From positions 124,001-188,000 of the forward strand of contig NMRA01000087.1 of the NCBI GenBank assembly GCA_002633005.1: DNA of 64,000 bases. Direction: 5' to 3'. The position numbers were made by a program, and so were the translations under genes. The DNA comes from Phoronis australis (Eukaryota > Animalia > Phoronida). The number at the start of each line of letters is the position of its first letter. Position 1 is the first letter of the stretch. Of the stretch, positions 11,301 to 23,418 are shown one piece after another. The notes beneath the pieces are model-generated. The model saw only the letters and a list, made by a program, of their open reading frames with translations. It searched no databases and had not been told where the DNA came from.

Positions 11301-14300
11301 TGAGGTCTTTTTTGTATTAGGGCAAGTTGTAAATGTTAGCATTCATATCGCAGTGTGTTGGTCTGTTAGTCGTTACCATGCTTTTCTGTTACAGCGAGCT
11401 ATCACAATGATCCCGGCCCACGACAATCCTCTGGCGGCCATGACTTTCGACGGATCGGGGACGAAAATAGCTACAGCTTCATCCAAAGGGACTGTGATCC
11501 GAGTATTTTCTATACCGGATGGCCAACGGCTATTCGAGTTTAGGAGAGGCTTGAAAAGGTAAGCGACTAAGCTATATGCTTTCTTGGATTGCTAGTCACG
11601 TATATGTTTAATGGTGTTAGGGTATCTTCATATGTTGATTTAAATGTTCACTGAGACTTGTCACCTCTGCATGTTTTCATCCATAATATTGAAATTGTTG
11701 CCAGATATTGTGCTTCCCTTGTTGTGTCCAGTCATGGTGTTCTATAATCAGCGTTTGACTTCTTAGCCCAGTAGCTTAGCTGTTGTACTCTAGTGAAAAA
11801 AATTGTCTGACATAAGAGATTATCATGATTTAGTTGATAATGTTTTTTCAGATAATTTGAAAACACACTTATCATTTTGTGATTAGAGTTTAATAGGCAC
11901 TTATGAAGCCTGCATTGTTATGTCTGATGATGATATGTTGAGTGCTGTCATCAATCTTGATGATGTGATTATTCTGATAAGTGAAATGCACATATACCAT
12001 GATGCTTCTATCAGTGATTGTCATTCATTAGAGACTCAGTGTGTACTGTTAAAACAAAAAGTCTCTTGCTACTAGCTGCATTTGTATCATTGGTATAACA
12101 CCCAAGCAAAGGACAGATCCAAAAACTCATGTGGTGATGAGAGTTGACTGGCTTCATGTCGTGCTTGCAAGTTCTCATAAACCTCTGTTCTGGGTTGCAT
12201 TTGGGTCAGTTTTCGGCAATTCCGCGAAACAATCTATTTGGGATAAATAAATCTTCGACAGGTCACCCAATGAGAACTTGTGTGATTGTGACCCTGTAAC
12301 ATCGCGTGTCGTGTGATTTCAGGTGTGTAGACATCTTCTCTCTGGGCTTTAGTATTGACGCTTTATACCTTTGTGCCTCCAGCAACACTGAGACAGTTCA
12401 CATATTCAAGTTAGAGAACCCAAATGAGAAGTAAGTTGGAGCGTTATTGTTGATATGTCACTGTTAACACGTGCATATAATGTAGATACATTTTTCTTGG
12501 CAGAATTCTGGGAATTCCGTCAAGTATGTTGGTCTGACACCAGGTTTTTTTTTCGCTCTCTATAGGTCGCAATTTTCGTCCAATTTTCACGAAATTTGCA
12601 CACAACGTGTAGATAGGGAAGTACTGGAACGCTATTATTTTTGGTCATGATCGGATACAAAATGGCAGATGTGGCGGCCATTTTGTTTCCGATTTCACAG
12701 TCAAATGCTCGTAGAGGCCGCATGTTGCGACGTACAGGGCGGAAAATTGGTACAGTTGCTCTAGATCACATGTGCTACAATTGTGCGGAAAATCGTTAAC
12801 GTCCGGTTAAAGATGGCGGAATTATGGGAAGTGGCGCATGCGCACCCCGAAATATGGCTAAAAACGTTTTTTTCTGTAGAGGGCGTATTTGCGAACCGAT
12901 CATTTTCAAACTGGTCACATGTGTTGAGGTTAATAAGCTTTTATAAAAGTTTATTGAACCAGTAGTCACTTTCAAGATGGCGGCTGAGGCGCATGTTCAC
13001 ATTGTTTCAATTGTTCTGCGGTTGCGTTTTTAATGGGAAGAGCAATTGACGTCAATTTGTGCATGTGGATTCCTCTAAGTATGGTCTTTCAAAAAGTCTG
13101 TGAGAGCGTCTTTCTCAGACTTACCGTTTTCGAGTTATTTGACTTTGAATTTCAAAAAAAACCGGCAAAATTTCATTTTTTTCCAAAAAGTTATGGAATG
13201 TTGCTAAACGTTCAAGTAAGATAGAGTTCTGAATGGGCTTTCAGAAGATATTTTCCGTTTGTCGCTACAACGTCTACTTTTTGAATTATTCGAGATTTTC
13301 TGTTTGTTTGGTCTCCGTTGCATTGCCAATGCAAACACACGCAGCTGGCCGGCTCTCTTTCGTTTTGATTATGCCTGTACAAGTTGACCCTGAATGACCC
13401 AGCTAGCATTGTTCTAATGTAGACTGGTTTGTTGACCCCGAATGACCCTAGCACTGTTCCTTGGTTAATCGTTCTTGCAGCTCTGATGTAGGTTTAGCTT
13501 TGTTGAGCTGTGTCCGTTATGTTGCGCCATCTATTGTTCTTTTATTTTGATTAAATGCTCTCTTTTCTTGCCATGTATATTAATGGATCAGAAATCTGTA
13601 CAGTTCGATAGAGTTTTAAACGGGCTTTCATAAGATATTTTTCAATTCTCGCTAGTCGTCATAATCGTCGTCGTCGTCGTCCTCCCCATCGTTCTGTTTT
13701 CGCATAATTTCGCTAAGTGTCGCTCCTCCGAGCGCTCTCGTTTTGAATCTTGTTTGAGTACTTTTCTGTTTTTTCCCACAAAGTGATTTAAAATAATGTT
13801 TTCGCTCTTTTTGGGAATTTGCATGGATGTAATAACTTGTTTGTTGTAAGGGTTCTTCTTAAAGCCCTAATTGAATATTTGGATGTAGACTGTCTATATA
13901 TTCCTAAGAATGCTGTAGCAACTCAGAATGACACAATTTAAGCACCTAAAGTAAGCCCGTCAAGTTATTCGTGAAGTAGGGTTTTCGCGCCATGTGGTGT
14001 CGCCACAAGAAAACGGCAAACAAACAACAACCAATGAGCAGTAAATTTGAGCATTTGCTGGTGGCTGCAGTAAACGTATGTATGTGCCATGGGTACCATA
14101 GTATATTGAATAGAACACCTTTGTATGTGGTTGTTGTTTGTGGCCTTTTTGAATTAAGTGATGATTCTCGTGGCGACGTAGGAAAAAGTCCGTCAATACG
14201 ACCAATCATTCATTGTATTTGGTAGTTTAGGGCTTCATTGTTGTTAGAGTGATGGTTTTAACATACTATAGGAACAAAATTTAAATGCTTTGCCATTCAA

Positions 14301-17300
14301 GGCAAGCTTTGAGTTTCAGTTTTTGCATTGTTTCCACTTAATGGTTTATAAATATAATGTAGTTCTGTGTATAATTTGTGAACATATATATTCACTTATA
14401 GACCCATTTATACGGAGTACTTGATGTTTTCTTGTTGGCCCTTGATGCATGAAAGTACAGTTTATGGTCAACTGATATGTCGTGAAATGATAATCATCAT
14501 CAGGGCTCACAGAAATACTTTTCCCAGCCAAACATGGAATATAATGTGATTACAGCTATATGCTTTCGGATAGTTATTTTTGTCGGAGTTATAAATAGTG
14601 GCAGAACATGAATATCATGTAGCAAGCTGCAATAGTTTTTACCATTGATAGTAGTTGGGAGACGAGTTTGTGTTTAATTTGAAGAAGCCCAAGTTTGGAA
14701 CAGTTGGTCAAACTGGTGGCCATTTGGCATATTTTTTTTACCAGAACTTTAGTGGTCTGTTTGATCAAATAATTTTCTATCATGATGTGAAAAGGTTCGA
14801 GATGTATTTTGTGCTGTTGAGTAACCCTGGGCCCATTTAATCAAAATTCGTAAGTCCAGTCTTAGCGATGGCCGTCGTAATGTAGATTTTCATTCGTATG
14901 CAGTTTACTAACATGGCTCGTGAAGGTGGTGTTAGGTATGAGTATGAAAACATTATCAGCTTTACGTCGATTGGCTCTTATAAAAAAAAACCAGCGCTGC
15001 ATTTGCAATAACGTTCCTATGTTCGGATTCAGACCCATTTGATAAAGCAGGTCACTGGTTCACAGTAGACATTTTAAGGTTAATATGAGGGACCATATAT
15101 TATAAAAATGCCCAAATTTGACTAACTTCAGAACACCGTGTCTCAATTAATGACTCATCGGTAAAAAGTCTTAAGTCAAATTCTACCAGCTTCTTACTTC
15201 CAGAAAATATATAATTTTACTGACAGAGAGTTAAAATCTGTAGTTTTGCAGATATTTGGCTCGTAAATAGTCAGACTTATAAATAACGTCTTTCATAAGC
15301 TTCATACACAAAGCCTGGTGTAGCTTCTCATTAACATGTAATGCTGGACAATAGCTCAATTATCCTCCATGTGCTCTCAATAACATGTAATGCTGGACAA
15401 TAGCTCAATTATCCTCCATGTGCTCTCATTAACATGTAATGCTGGACAATAGCTCAATTATCCTCCATGTGCTCTCATTAACATGTAATGCTGGACAATA
15501 GCTCAATTATCCTCCATGTGCTCTCATTAACATGTAATGCTGGACAATAGCTCAATTATCCTCCATGTGCTCTCATTAACATGTAATGCTGGACAATAGC
15601 TCAATTATCCTCCATGTGCTCTCATTAACATGTAATGCTGGACAATAGCTCAATTATCCTCCATGTGCTCTCATTAACATGTAATGCTGGACAATAGCTC
15701 AATTATCCTCCATGTGCTCTCATTAACATGTAATGCTGGACAATAGCTCAATTATCCTCCATGTGCTCTCATTAACATGTAATGCTGGACAATAGCTCAA
15801 TTATCCTCCATGTGCTCTCATTAACATGTAATGCTGGACAATAGCTCAATTATCCTCCATNGATGATTCTCGTGGCGACGTAGGAAAAAGTCCGTCATTA
15901 CGACCATTTATTCATTGCATTTGGTCGTTTAGGGCTTCACTGTTGTTAGAGTGATGGTTTTAACATATTATAGGAACAAAATTTAAATGCTTTGCCATTC
16001 AAGGCAGGCTTTGAGTTTCAGTTTTTGCATTGTTTCCAGTTAATGGTTTATAAAATAATATAATGTAGTTCTGTGTATAATTTGTGAACATATATATTCA
16101 GTTATAGACCCATTTATACGCAGTGCTTGATATTTTCTTGTTGGCCCTTGATGCATGAAAGTACAGTTTATGGTCAACTGATATGTCGTGAAATGATAAT
16201 CATCATCAGGGCTCACAGAAATACTTTTCCCAGCCAAACATGGAATATAATGTGATTACAGCTATATCCTTTTAGATAGTTATTTTTGTCGGAGTTATAA
16301 ATACTGGCAGAACATGAATATCATGTAGTAAGCTGCAATAGTTTTTACCATAGATAGTAGTTGGGAGACGAGTTTGTGTTTAATTTGAAGAAGCCCAAGT
16401 TTGGAACAGTTGGTCAAACTGGTGGCCATTTGGCATTTTTTTACCAGAACTTTAGTGGTCTGTTTGATGAAATCATTTTCTATCATGATGTGAAAAGGTT
16501 CGAGATGTATTTTGTGCTGTTGAGTAACCCTGGGCCCATTTAATCAAAATTCGTAAGTCCAGTCTTAGCGATGTAATGTAGATTTTCATTCATATGCAGT
16601 TTACTAACATGGCTCATAAAGGTGGTGTTAGGTATGAGTATGACAACATTATCAGCTTTACGTCAATTGGCTCTTATAAAAAAATGCAGCGCCACATTTG
16701 CAATAACGTTCCTACATTCGGATTCAGACCCATTTGATAAAGCAGGTCACTGGTTCACAGTAGACATTTTAAGGTTAATATTGAGGACCATATAAAAATG
16801 TCCAAATTTGGCTAACTTCAGAACTCCGTGTCTCAATTAATGACTCATCGGTAAAAGGTCTCAAGTCAAATTCTACCAGCTTCTTACTTCCAGAAAATAT
16901 ATAATTTTACTGCCAAGGACACAGAGTTAAAATCTATAGTTTTGTAGATATTTGGCGAAGTAGACTTATAAATAACATCTTTCATATTAAGCTTCATACA
17001 GAAACCCTGGTGTAGCTTCTCATTAACATGTAATGCTGGACAGTAGCTCAATTATCCTCCATGTGCTCTCATTAACATGTAATGCTGGACAATAGCTCAA
17101 TTATCCTCCATGTGCTCTCCAACAGGAAGGAAGAGGAACCACAGGGCTGGATGGGTTACTTTGGCCAGGCCATTAAGTCGTCGGCCAGTTACCTGCCCAG
17201 CCAGGTGACTGACATGTTACACCAGTGGAGGGCATTTGCCACGGCACGGCTGCCCGTGTCCCAGATGAGAACGGTCTGCGCTCTTGCCAAGTAAGTGTGC

Positions 17301-20300
17301 TGAGATTGGGAAGACAGGGTGAACACATGCGAAGTAGGCAGTGTAGTAGATAACCTGGATGTGAAGATACACCTGTATTAGGCACATACACCTTTATTAG
17401 GCGCATGTGCCTATTTGTGGAATAAATACTAAAACCAAGAAGCAACTTCATCGAATATTACGTCAGTGTAACTTAACTCGTAAGTAAAGGACAGACCTTA
17501 ATTTGTATTCAGTTTAAGACTAACTGTTAAATAAATAGTATTGAGTATGTACCAGAGACATTTGAATTACCGTGCAGACATATACATATGCAAGGGATAA
17601 CTTTGTGTGTCTTTAAGTGAAACTTAGACATATTTTTATCAATTTGTGAAACACTTGAGTGAAATATCTTAGAAAAATAGCATTGTATCGGTTATAACTG
17701 CGTGGGTCTCAATATGCGCATGATGCAGTAGAAAGTTTACAAATTTTGCTGGGTTGCTGGGCACAGAAAGTCTGATGTTGTAATGGACACCTGAGATGCA
17801 TTCTGTAAGGTGGAGTGCGGGCGTGCGCTTGTGCGTGTGAGTTTGTGTGTGTCTGTTCGAATTGCAAGTTGGGCAAGATCGTGCAAGTTCACATAAATTG
17901 CCAATGTTTCACAAGTATGCTCACCACTCTACATGCTTCCTCTAGCAAAATTTCACCAATGAAGTAATTCACTAATTGATTGATGAGGCTGGAACTTGGT
18001 ATCATGGGAGAAAAAAGAGAGTAAACTTACTATTTGTGTTTGATAAGCCACAATTTCTCACTGCAAGTGACTTGTGATTGTCTACAGAACTTAGCCCTGT
18101 TTCATAGAATGCTGGCTGTGGGACATGTCTAGGGTTCAAATTCCTGCAGCTGCCTCCAATAGAGGTCTCTGATGTGTAACTCTTATGAGTTGGGATTTAA
18201 GAAGAAAAAGTCTCTTATCAACATTTGCATTAAGTATGGTTATCAGGAGGCAGTAATTGAGATTATTTCTTAACACTTTTTATGGTGATCAAAAGCAGGC
18301 GAGACATTTAATAAATCAACATACGGTATCAGTTTTATGATGTCTTTACGTGTCATTCTACAAGCATGCAGTCGAGGGTGGAAGTGTTTAAATAAAGTTA
18401 TCATGTGTTAATTGAAACTGCACACAATTCCATTACGAATTCTATGGCATATTAGATAGGAGTTTTGATATGGGGCATGTCACATGGAAAGTCAGCAAAA
18501 CCAGCAAGTGAATGCAGTTATCTATAAATGTCGGATATCTGCAGTTGAAATAACTTGTGTTGTTTGTGACGTGATTGCTTTCTTATGTTTGCATACTGTA
18601 GAATTTTTAGACTCGTCTTCAATTAACCAAATTGCAGAAAAGACAGTTGTGTGGACAGAGTTTCTGAGCAACTTAAATTGGATTTTGATGGCAGTTGACT
18701 TCAGACAACTTTACCAATAACAAAACTTGAAAATTAATGCATCACATCACATGAAATATAAGATTACTCAAAGCATGCCATGTGATTGGTGGATTCTCAA
18801 GTCAAGTCTTGTGTAAAATTCAGAGATTTTGGACCTTGGTTGGTAATGTGCCATGTTATTGTAGTTTCATTTTTGTTAAGATGAATAGATGTAAGGGTAT
18901 CTTGCAGAATGTTCAATGCTGTGTACTGTAGAGAGTTGTTTCACTAACATTTTGTGCTTTATTTCTGAGACTATTGTTTTTCATAGAATCAACAAAGCCC
19001 CTCGACTACTAGTCGCCTGTCAAGACGGTAACTTGTACATATATAATCTGGAGCCATCAGAAGGCGGGGAGTGCCCCCTATTGAAGACACACAGGTAATG
19101 CTGGACGAGGCGAGGATATCAAGTCATGCTTCATCTAACTTGTCGATGTATTCATACTCAAGTTTTAGTTTATCATGTTGCTGTGTTAGTAACCTTAGGA
19201 AGTATGCGCGCATCCAGCCTGAGAAATGGGGGGGGGCTTTGGAGAATGTAGAGCTTTTACTAAGAATCACGGGGAACGTTCAGAGCTATGAATTGTGCAT
19301 TTGCCAAATTTTGTAGTTCCTGCCTTTTAGTGGACTTTTGTCTCGTTTTCTACTTGTTTGGAGTTTTTGTTTCTCTGAGGCAGACCTCTTTGCCCACTTT
19401 GCCAAATTGGGGGGGGGGGGCTCGTTTGAGCCGCCCTGGGTGCATGCATGGGAAGTGATCTGTTATTAATGTCTTCTGTCACTAAATAACTAAAAAGGAA
19501 AGGTCAGTCTTGTTTCCCCTCTGAATGTTGTCTTTGTGATTGTCTTGGCAGTATAATGTATAATTATGTTTGAACAAATGGTTACACTCATGAAAGTTTT
19601 TGATCATCATGATCCTCGCTGTGAGCACGGCGTTTATAGGGATATTTGTTTACCTGATATTTTTGACAACATTTTGGCTTTGCTTGTTTTTGCGTCATGT
19701 TTGGTTAGAGCAATTCCGTTATTTAATACAATGCTAAGTTATCGTACTTGCTGATGTTCATTTCTTGTCTCAGACTACTTACTGCTTTCATACATTCTAG
19801 CACTACTTTCCATTACCAAACCTCATCTTGAGTTCTTATTTACTTTTCTTCTACTGCAGCCTTGAGGGTCACCCAGACTGTTTACCAGCTGAGCCATCGA
19901 GCACGGGACCAATGCATGACAAGCCCCTGGCCTCGCCTCCAATGAACACGTATGCTGCTGCCACTGTGCGCCGGGTAGAAGCAGGCTCGTCCCCCTCGTC
20001 TACGTCTCCCCGAGCGAGCCCCCCAGGTAAGCAGGAGGGTGAGCCAACTGGTTCCTCATTGAGCGCCGATTACGGCAGTTATGCCCATGCTGCGAGAATG
20101 ACTGAGAGTGGCCAGAAACGACGTCAGCCTACCGACCTCATCGGGGAAGTTGTCGACTTTGGTAAGGTCAATTCTGTTCGGCCTGGCCCTGCCCACTGTT
20201 CAGGCATCCGACTGCTCCTGGTTTTCATACTCATCGCCTGAATGCACGCTGTCTGTATCTAACTCTTCTCNTGTTTACCCGATATTTTTGACAACATTTT

Positions 20301-23300
20301 GGCTTCGCTTGTTTTTGCGTCATGTTTGGTTAGAGCAATTCCGTTATTTAATACAATGCTAAGTTATCATACTTGCTGATGTTCATATCTTGTCTCAGAT
20401 TACTTACTGCATTCATACATTCTAGCACTACTTTCCATTACCAAACCTCATCTTGAGTTCTTATTTACTTTTCTACTGCTGCAGCCTTGAGGGTCACCCA
20501 GACTGTTTACCAGCTGAGCCATCGAGCACCGGACCAATGCACGACAAGCCCCTGGCCTCGCCTCCAATGAACACGTATGCTGCTGCCACTGTGCGCCGGG
20601 TAGAAGCAGGCTCGTCCCCCTCGTCTACGTCTCCCCGAGCGAGCCCCCCAGGTAAGCAGGAGGGTGAGCCAACTGGTTCCTCATTGAGCGCCGATTACGG
20701 CAGTTATGCCCATGCTGCGAGAATGACTGAGAGTGGCCAGAAACGACGTCAGCCTACCGACCTCATCGGGGAAGTTGTCGACTTTGGTAAGGTCAATTCT
20801 GTTCGGCCTGGCCCTGCCCACTGTTCAGGCATCCGACTGCTCCTGGTTTTCATACTCATCGCCTGAATGCACGCTGTCTGTATCTAACTCTTCTCTGTTT
20901 AAGGTTGTGTAGGACCTTATCTACAAGTCTTCATATTTAGCCAAATATCTACAAAACCATGGATTTTAATTTGGTTAAAGTATAATATTATATTTTCTGA
21001 AAATTGAAACCCTGAAGAATTTGATTTATTGAAGAAATGTTCATTGATTGCAAAAAAAACCCAGAAACAGTAGCATTGTCTAATGCATGTGTTCAAGGTG
21101 AGATCTCAAAAAAGGTGTTACAGGTTTTTAATTTCAATTTCGTTTTTGTTTTGAATTTAGGCACATGTCTTGATAGACTCTCATGGAAAAATGGAAAATT
21201 TTAAAAACAATCCCTAAAAGTCTTTTGGAGACCAGTGTATAAAACATAGTATGTGAAAATTTCGTTAATTTGAATCTGAGCAACTTTTTTGAAATATGAT
21301 CTTCCGAAGTTATCCAAATTTGTTTAGGGTCCTATATAACTGTTCATTCTGTTGGCTAGAGTGTAGACTGAGGTTTTGTTTAGTTTTGTTTTAACCTGAT
21401 GCCTGCTCAATAATGCTACGTCAGATAAGTCGGGGATTTGGAATAGAAAATAGTCCCTATTTTTATTTCTCTACTTTCATAGATGTACTTTTATTGATCA
21501 GAATTCTTATTTGAAATCGATGCCAATTATGGAAAGTTTGTGTATTTGGCATTTTTGTCAAATGTTTTCACATAGAGGAAATACATCTATTAAGTGGGAT
21601 CATTATCTGAAATTTAGCAGTTGGGAAATTTTATTCTGCTGTCCAAAGCACACAATTCATATCAGTGATCCGGTCTTATCACTTCTCTTAGTTTTGTATT
21701 ATCCATTCTTACAAACAATTGTCTTCCAAGTAATCTGGCCATTTGTCAGTTTTCTAATTCAGAGATTTGATTGCTGAATGAGACACACATGCATGCCTTC
21801 AAATGATTTCAAAGCGACCATGTTTTTTACATGAGTTCCAACTGGTGAACGTGATCAAAACTTACTTTATGATGCTATATTTGCATTCTGTGGAAACGCA
21901 GGCTTGCGTACTTGATAATTTGTTTTTTCTTGGACTTTGGTGAAATTTTGCATCTGACATTTAGATATCAAAGTTTTGGCTGGCATTTTGTTCACAATGA
22001 AAGAATGTTTAATTTTGTCAATCTGCAAAGCATCATTGTCTGCACTAGAATAACGTAGATTGTTATGTTGGGACGGGCATGTAAGCTTTGCAAATAATTC
22101 AAGTCCTGAAGTGAGACAAGTCTACACTTTTTAAAAATGTACTGGATTTTGCTATCTATGAATCTTTCCGCCAACAGTTGTTGCTTTACTGTCTTAAACG
22201 TCTTTGTTCCAGTTTGATGTTTTGGCATCCGAAATTGCGCTTTCTAGAACCTTAAGTTATGATGTTCCATTATTGTTGATAGTACCTGTCTGTTTTCATG
22301 TTTCTCTTTAACCGCTTGAATTAGGCTATTGGCTTTTCACTTTGCACCCACCAAGACACCGGTGATGGTTGACAGGATTCACTTACTGAAGTCGGAAGAA
22401 ATGTGCAGAAGAGTGAAATGTGAAGCTGCTCCAACCCCTTACTACATTATCACTCATAGACATAGATTAGTTATTAATATCTTGAATGGAATTATCCTGC
22501 ATGTTTAAATATTCTTACCATAAACTTGATGAAATTGTTTTCAATCAATGAATTGACTCAGAAACATTCATTTTTCCATCCAAAAAGTGGTAAATACCTG
22601 CAGAAATTTCCGTCGTCTGCCATTTAGTGCATACTAGGTGGCCCTGTACACAGGATGTTATATGTTGCATAACACATAGCAACAGCCTGCGTATAGCATC
22701 ATCTAGTATGCACTGAGGAAGACATCAGGAATAGCAGATGTTGAAAATTTCTGCAGGTATTAACCACTTTTTTGGGTGTAAAAATGAATTTCCCTGTGTC
22801 AGTTGTTATTCACTACTCTGATGAATCTGTTTGAAGAAAAATGGATGTCTTAAATGAAATTTTTTCTTATTTACTCTTTGAACATCCGTTTTCTCTCGTT
22901 TTATTTTAATTGCTGATTTTGTTATACTTGTAAAATGTTCCGAGGTTCTCTAGTGGTCTATTCTCATTTGTTTCTTCATTTAGTGTTTATTTTTGAAATT
23001 CTATATTTGCTGTGAGAACAACTGTTATGTGCAAGCAGCTTAGATTATTTTCAATACTGCAATTAAAACGAAACTGGAGACTCATGTCACTTGGACAGAT
23101 ATTACAACTTCCTTAAGTTCTGAAGATTTGCATGGGAAGGATTGTCACTTAAATTCACCTTACCTTCATTGCTTGTAAAATAAAACAAAATGAAATTAGA
23201 AATCTTGTGTATTTTATTTGTTTTATGCTGTTTTCTTTCATCTTATCTTGGTTATGGCGATTTTATCTTTTTCCCTGTTTGTATTATTTGTAGAATCTCA

Positions 23301-23418
23301 GCCATACCAAGATGTTGAGCCCCACAGTGTTGTTGGAGGAAGTCCTGATGTTGGCATATCTGGCTTGCGATTGGATGATGACAATGAGTTCCCGCCCATG
23401 ACTCATCAGGCTGATTAA
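492..23418 (+). CDS. WIPI2: WD repeat domain phosphoinositide-interacting protein 2 (WIPI2/Atg18 PROPPIN), 10 coding exons, ~455 aa
   Basis: Hand-spliced with GT-AG sites and consistent phases: 492-562 ([24 protein letters not shown]), 745-839, 2469-2638 ([12 protein letters not shown]...[16 protein letters not shown]), 3759-3953, 4350-4513 (FRRG phosphoinositide-binding motif), then 12323-12430, 17126-17290, 18987-19094, 19860-20026 (or its duplicate 20485-20651) and 23294-23418 ([17 protein letters not shown]). N- and C-termini closely resemble vertebrate WIPI2 (MNLASQ...; LRLDED..PPM). Confidence 0.95.
5354..12430 (+). CDS. WIPI2: WIPI2 exons 1 (partial, no ATG) to 6, haplotype copy B
   Basis: Sequence after N5353 restarts at the equivalent of position 499. 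Exons 5354-5417, 5600-5694, 7326-7495, 10804-10998, 11395-11558 and 12323-12430; complete exons 2-5 match copy A in length and translation. Confidence 0.9.
7840..8819 (-). pseudogene. Decayed KolX-like ORF inside the Kolobok element
   Basis: Minus-strand [19 protein letters not shown] (about 8170-8230) resembles the Y-x-FEP-EY acidic N-terminal motif of Kolobok accessory proteins; ATG at 8819. The frame is broken by a nested insertion and frameshifts. Assignment is from motif recall, not a search. Confidence 0.5.
8264..8762. mobile_element. Nested hAT-like MITE
   Basis: 13-bp perfect TIR CAGGGCTTGGAAT / ATTCCAAGCCCTG; degenerate 6-bp flanks CTTGTT / CTTCGT. Confidence 0.65.
12496..13500. mobile_element. 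Probable non-autonomous Helitron/Helentron (HINE-like) repeat in WIPI2 intron 6; right end approximate
   Basis: Begins in a T-run with a hairpin CTTGGCAGAATTC-TGG-GAATTCCGTCAAG (12496-12524). It is CpG-rich relative to the intron and has repeated AAATGGCGGC/GGCGGCCATTTT motifs typical of such invertebrate repeats. Confidence 0.4.
14160..17120. repeat. Haplotype-overlap duplication (14160-15860 vs 15862-17120) joined at N15861
   Basis: Sequence after the N restarts at the equivalent of 14160; a few percent substitutions and small indels. Confidence 0.88.
15331..15860 (+). repeat. 49-bp minisatellite, at least 10.8 near-identical copies, cut off by the gap
   Basis: Unit TTAACATGTAATGCTGGACAATAGCTCAATTATCCTCCATGTGCTCTCA starting at 15331, 15380, ... 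15821. Only two copies (17023-17120) in the other haplotype. Confidence 0.95.
19203..19450. mobile_element. MITE, CATGCGCGCACCCAG-terminus family, 5-bp TSD GGAAG
   Basis: Termini TATGCGCGCATCCAG / CTGGGTGCATGCATG; GGAAG on both flanks; internal sequence shared with 31486-31752 and 57953-58177. Confidence 0.75.
19647..20895. repeat. Haplotype-overlap duplication containing WIPI2 exon 9 twice (19860-20026 and 20485-20651), joined at N20271
   Basis: Sequence after the N restarts at the equivalent of 19647. The exon differences I found are synonymous (ACG/ACC, CAT/CAC). Confidence 0.88.
20903..21340. mobile_element. Old Kolobok-like MITE (GGTTRYGTAGGACC termini)
   Basis: TTAA then GGTTGTGTAGGACC ... 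GGTCCTATATAAC; internal similarity to 37091-37690 and about 15078-15290. Confidence 0.55.
22551..22804. repeat. ~250-bp imperfect foldback palindrome in the last WIPI2 intron
   Basis: AAAAAGTGGTAAATACCTGCAGAAATTT pairs with AAATTTCTGCAGGTATTAACCACTTTTT, and AGTGCATACTAG pairs with CTAGTATGCACT; small central loop near 22665-22672. Confidence 0.8.

Noticed and set aside
15331-15860. CRISPR array
   Set aside because: Units are contiguous with no spacers, lie in a spliceosomal intron and have no cas genes nearby; it is a minisatellite.
492-20895. Two WIPI2 paralogues or mutually exclusive duplicated exons
   Set aside because: Every duplication junction is a single N, copies start or stop mid-exon, and the coding changes seen are silent; this fits haplotype overlap in the scaffold.
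22330-22430. Alternative terminal WIPI2 exon
   Set aside because: A pyrimidine tract and AGs are present, but the phase-compatible frames stop within 4-5 codons and nothing else supports it.
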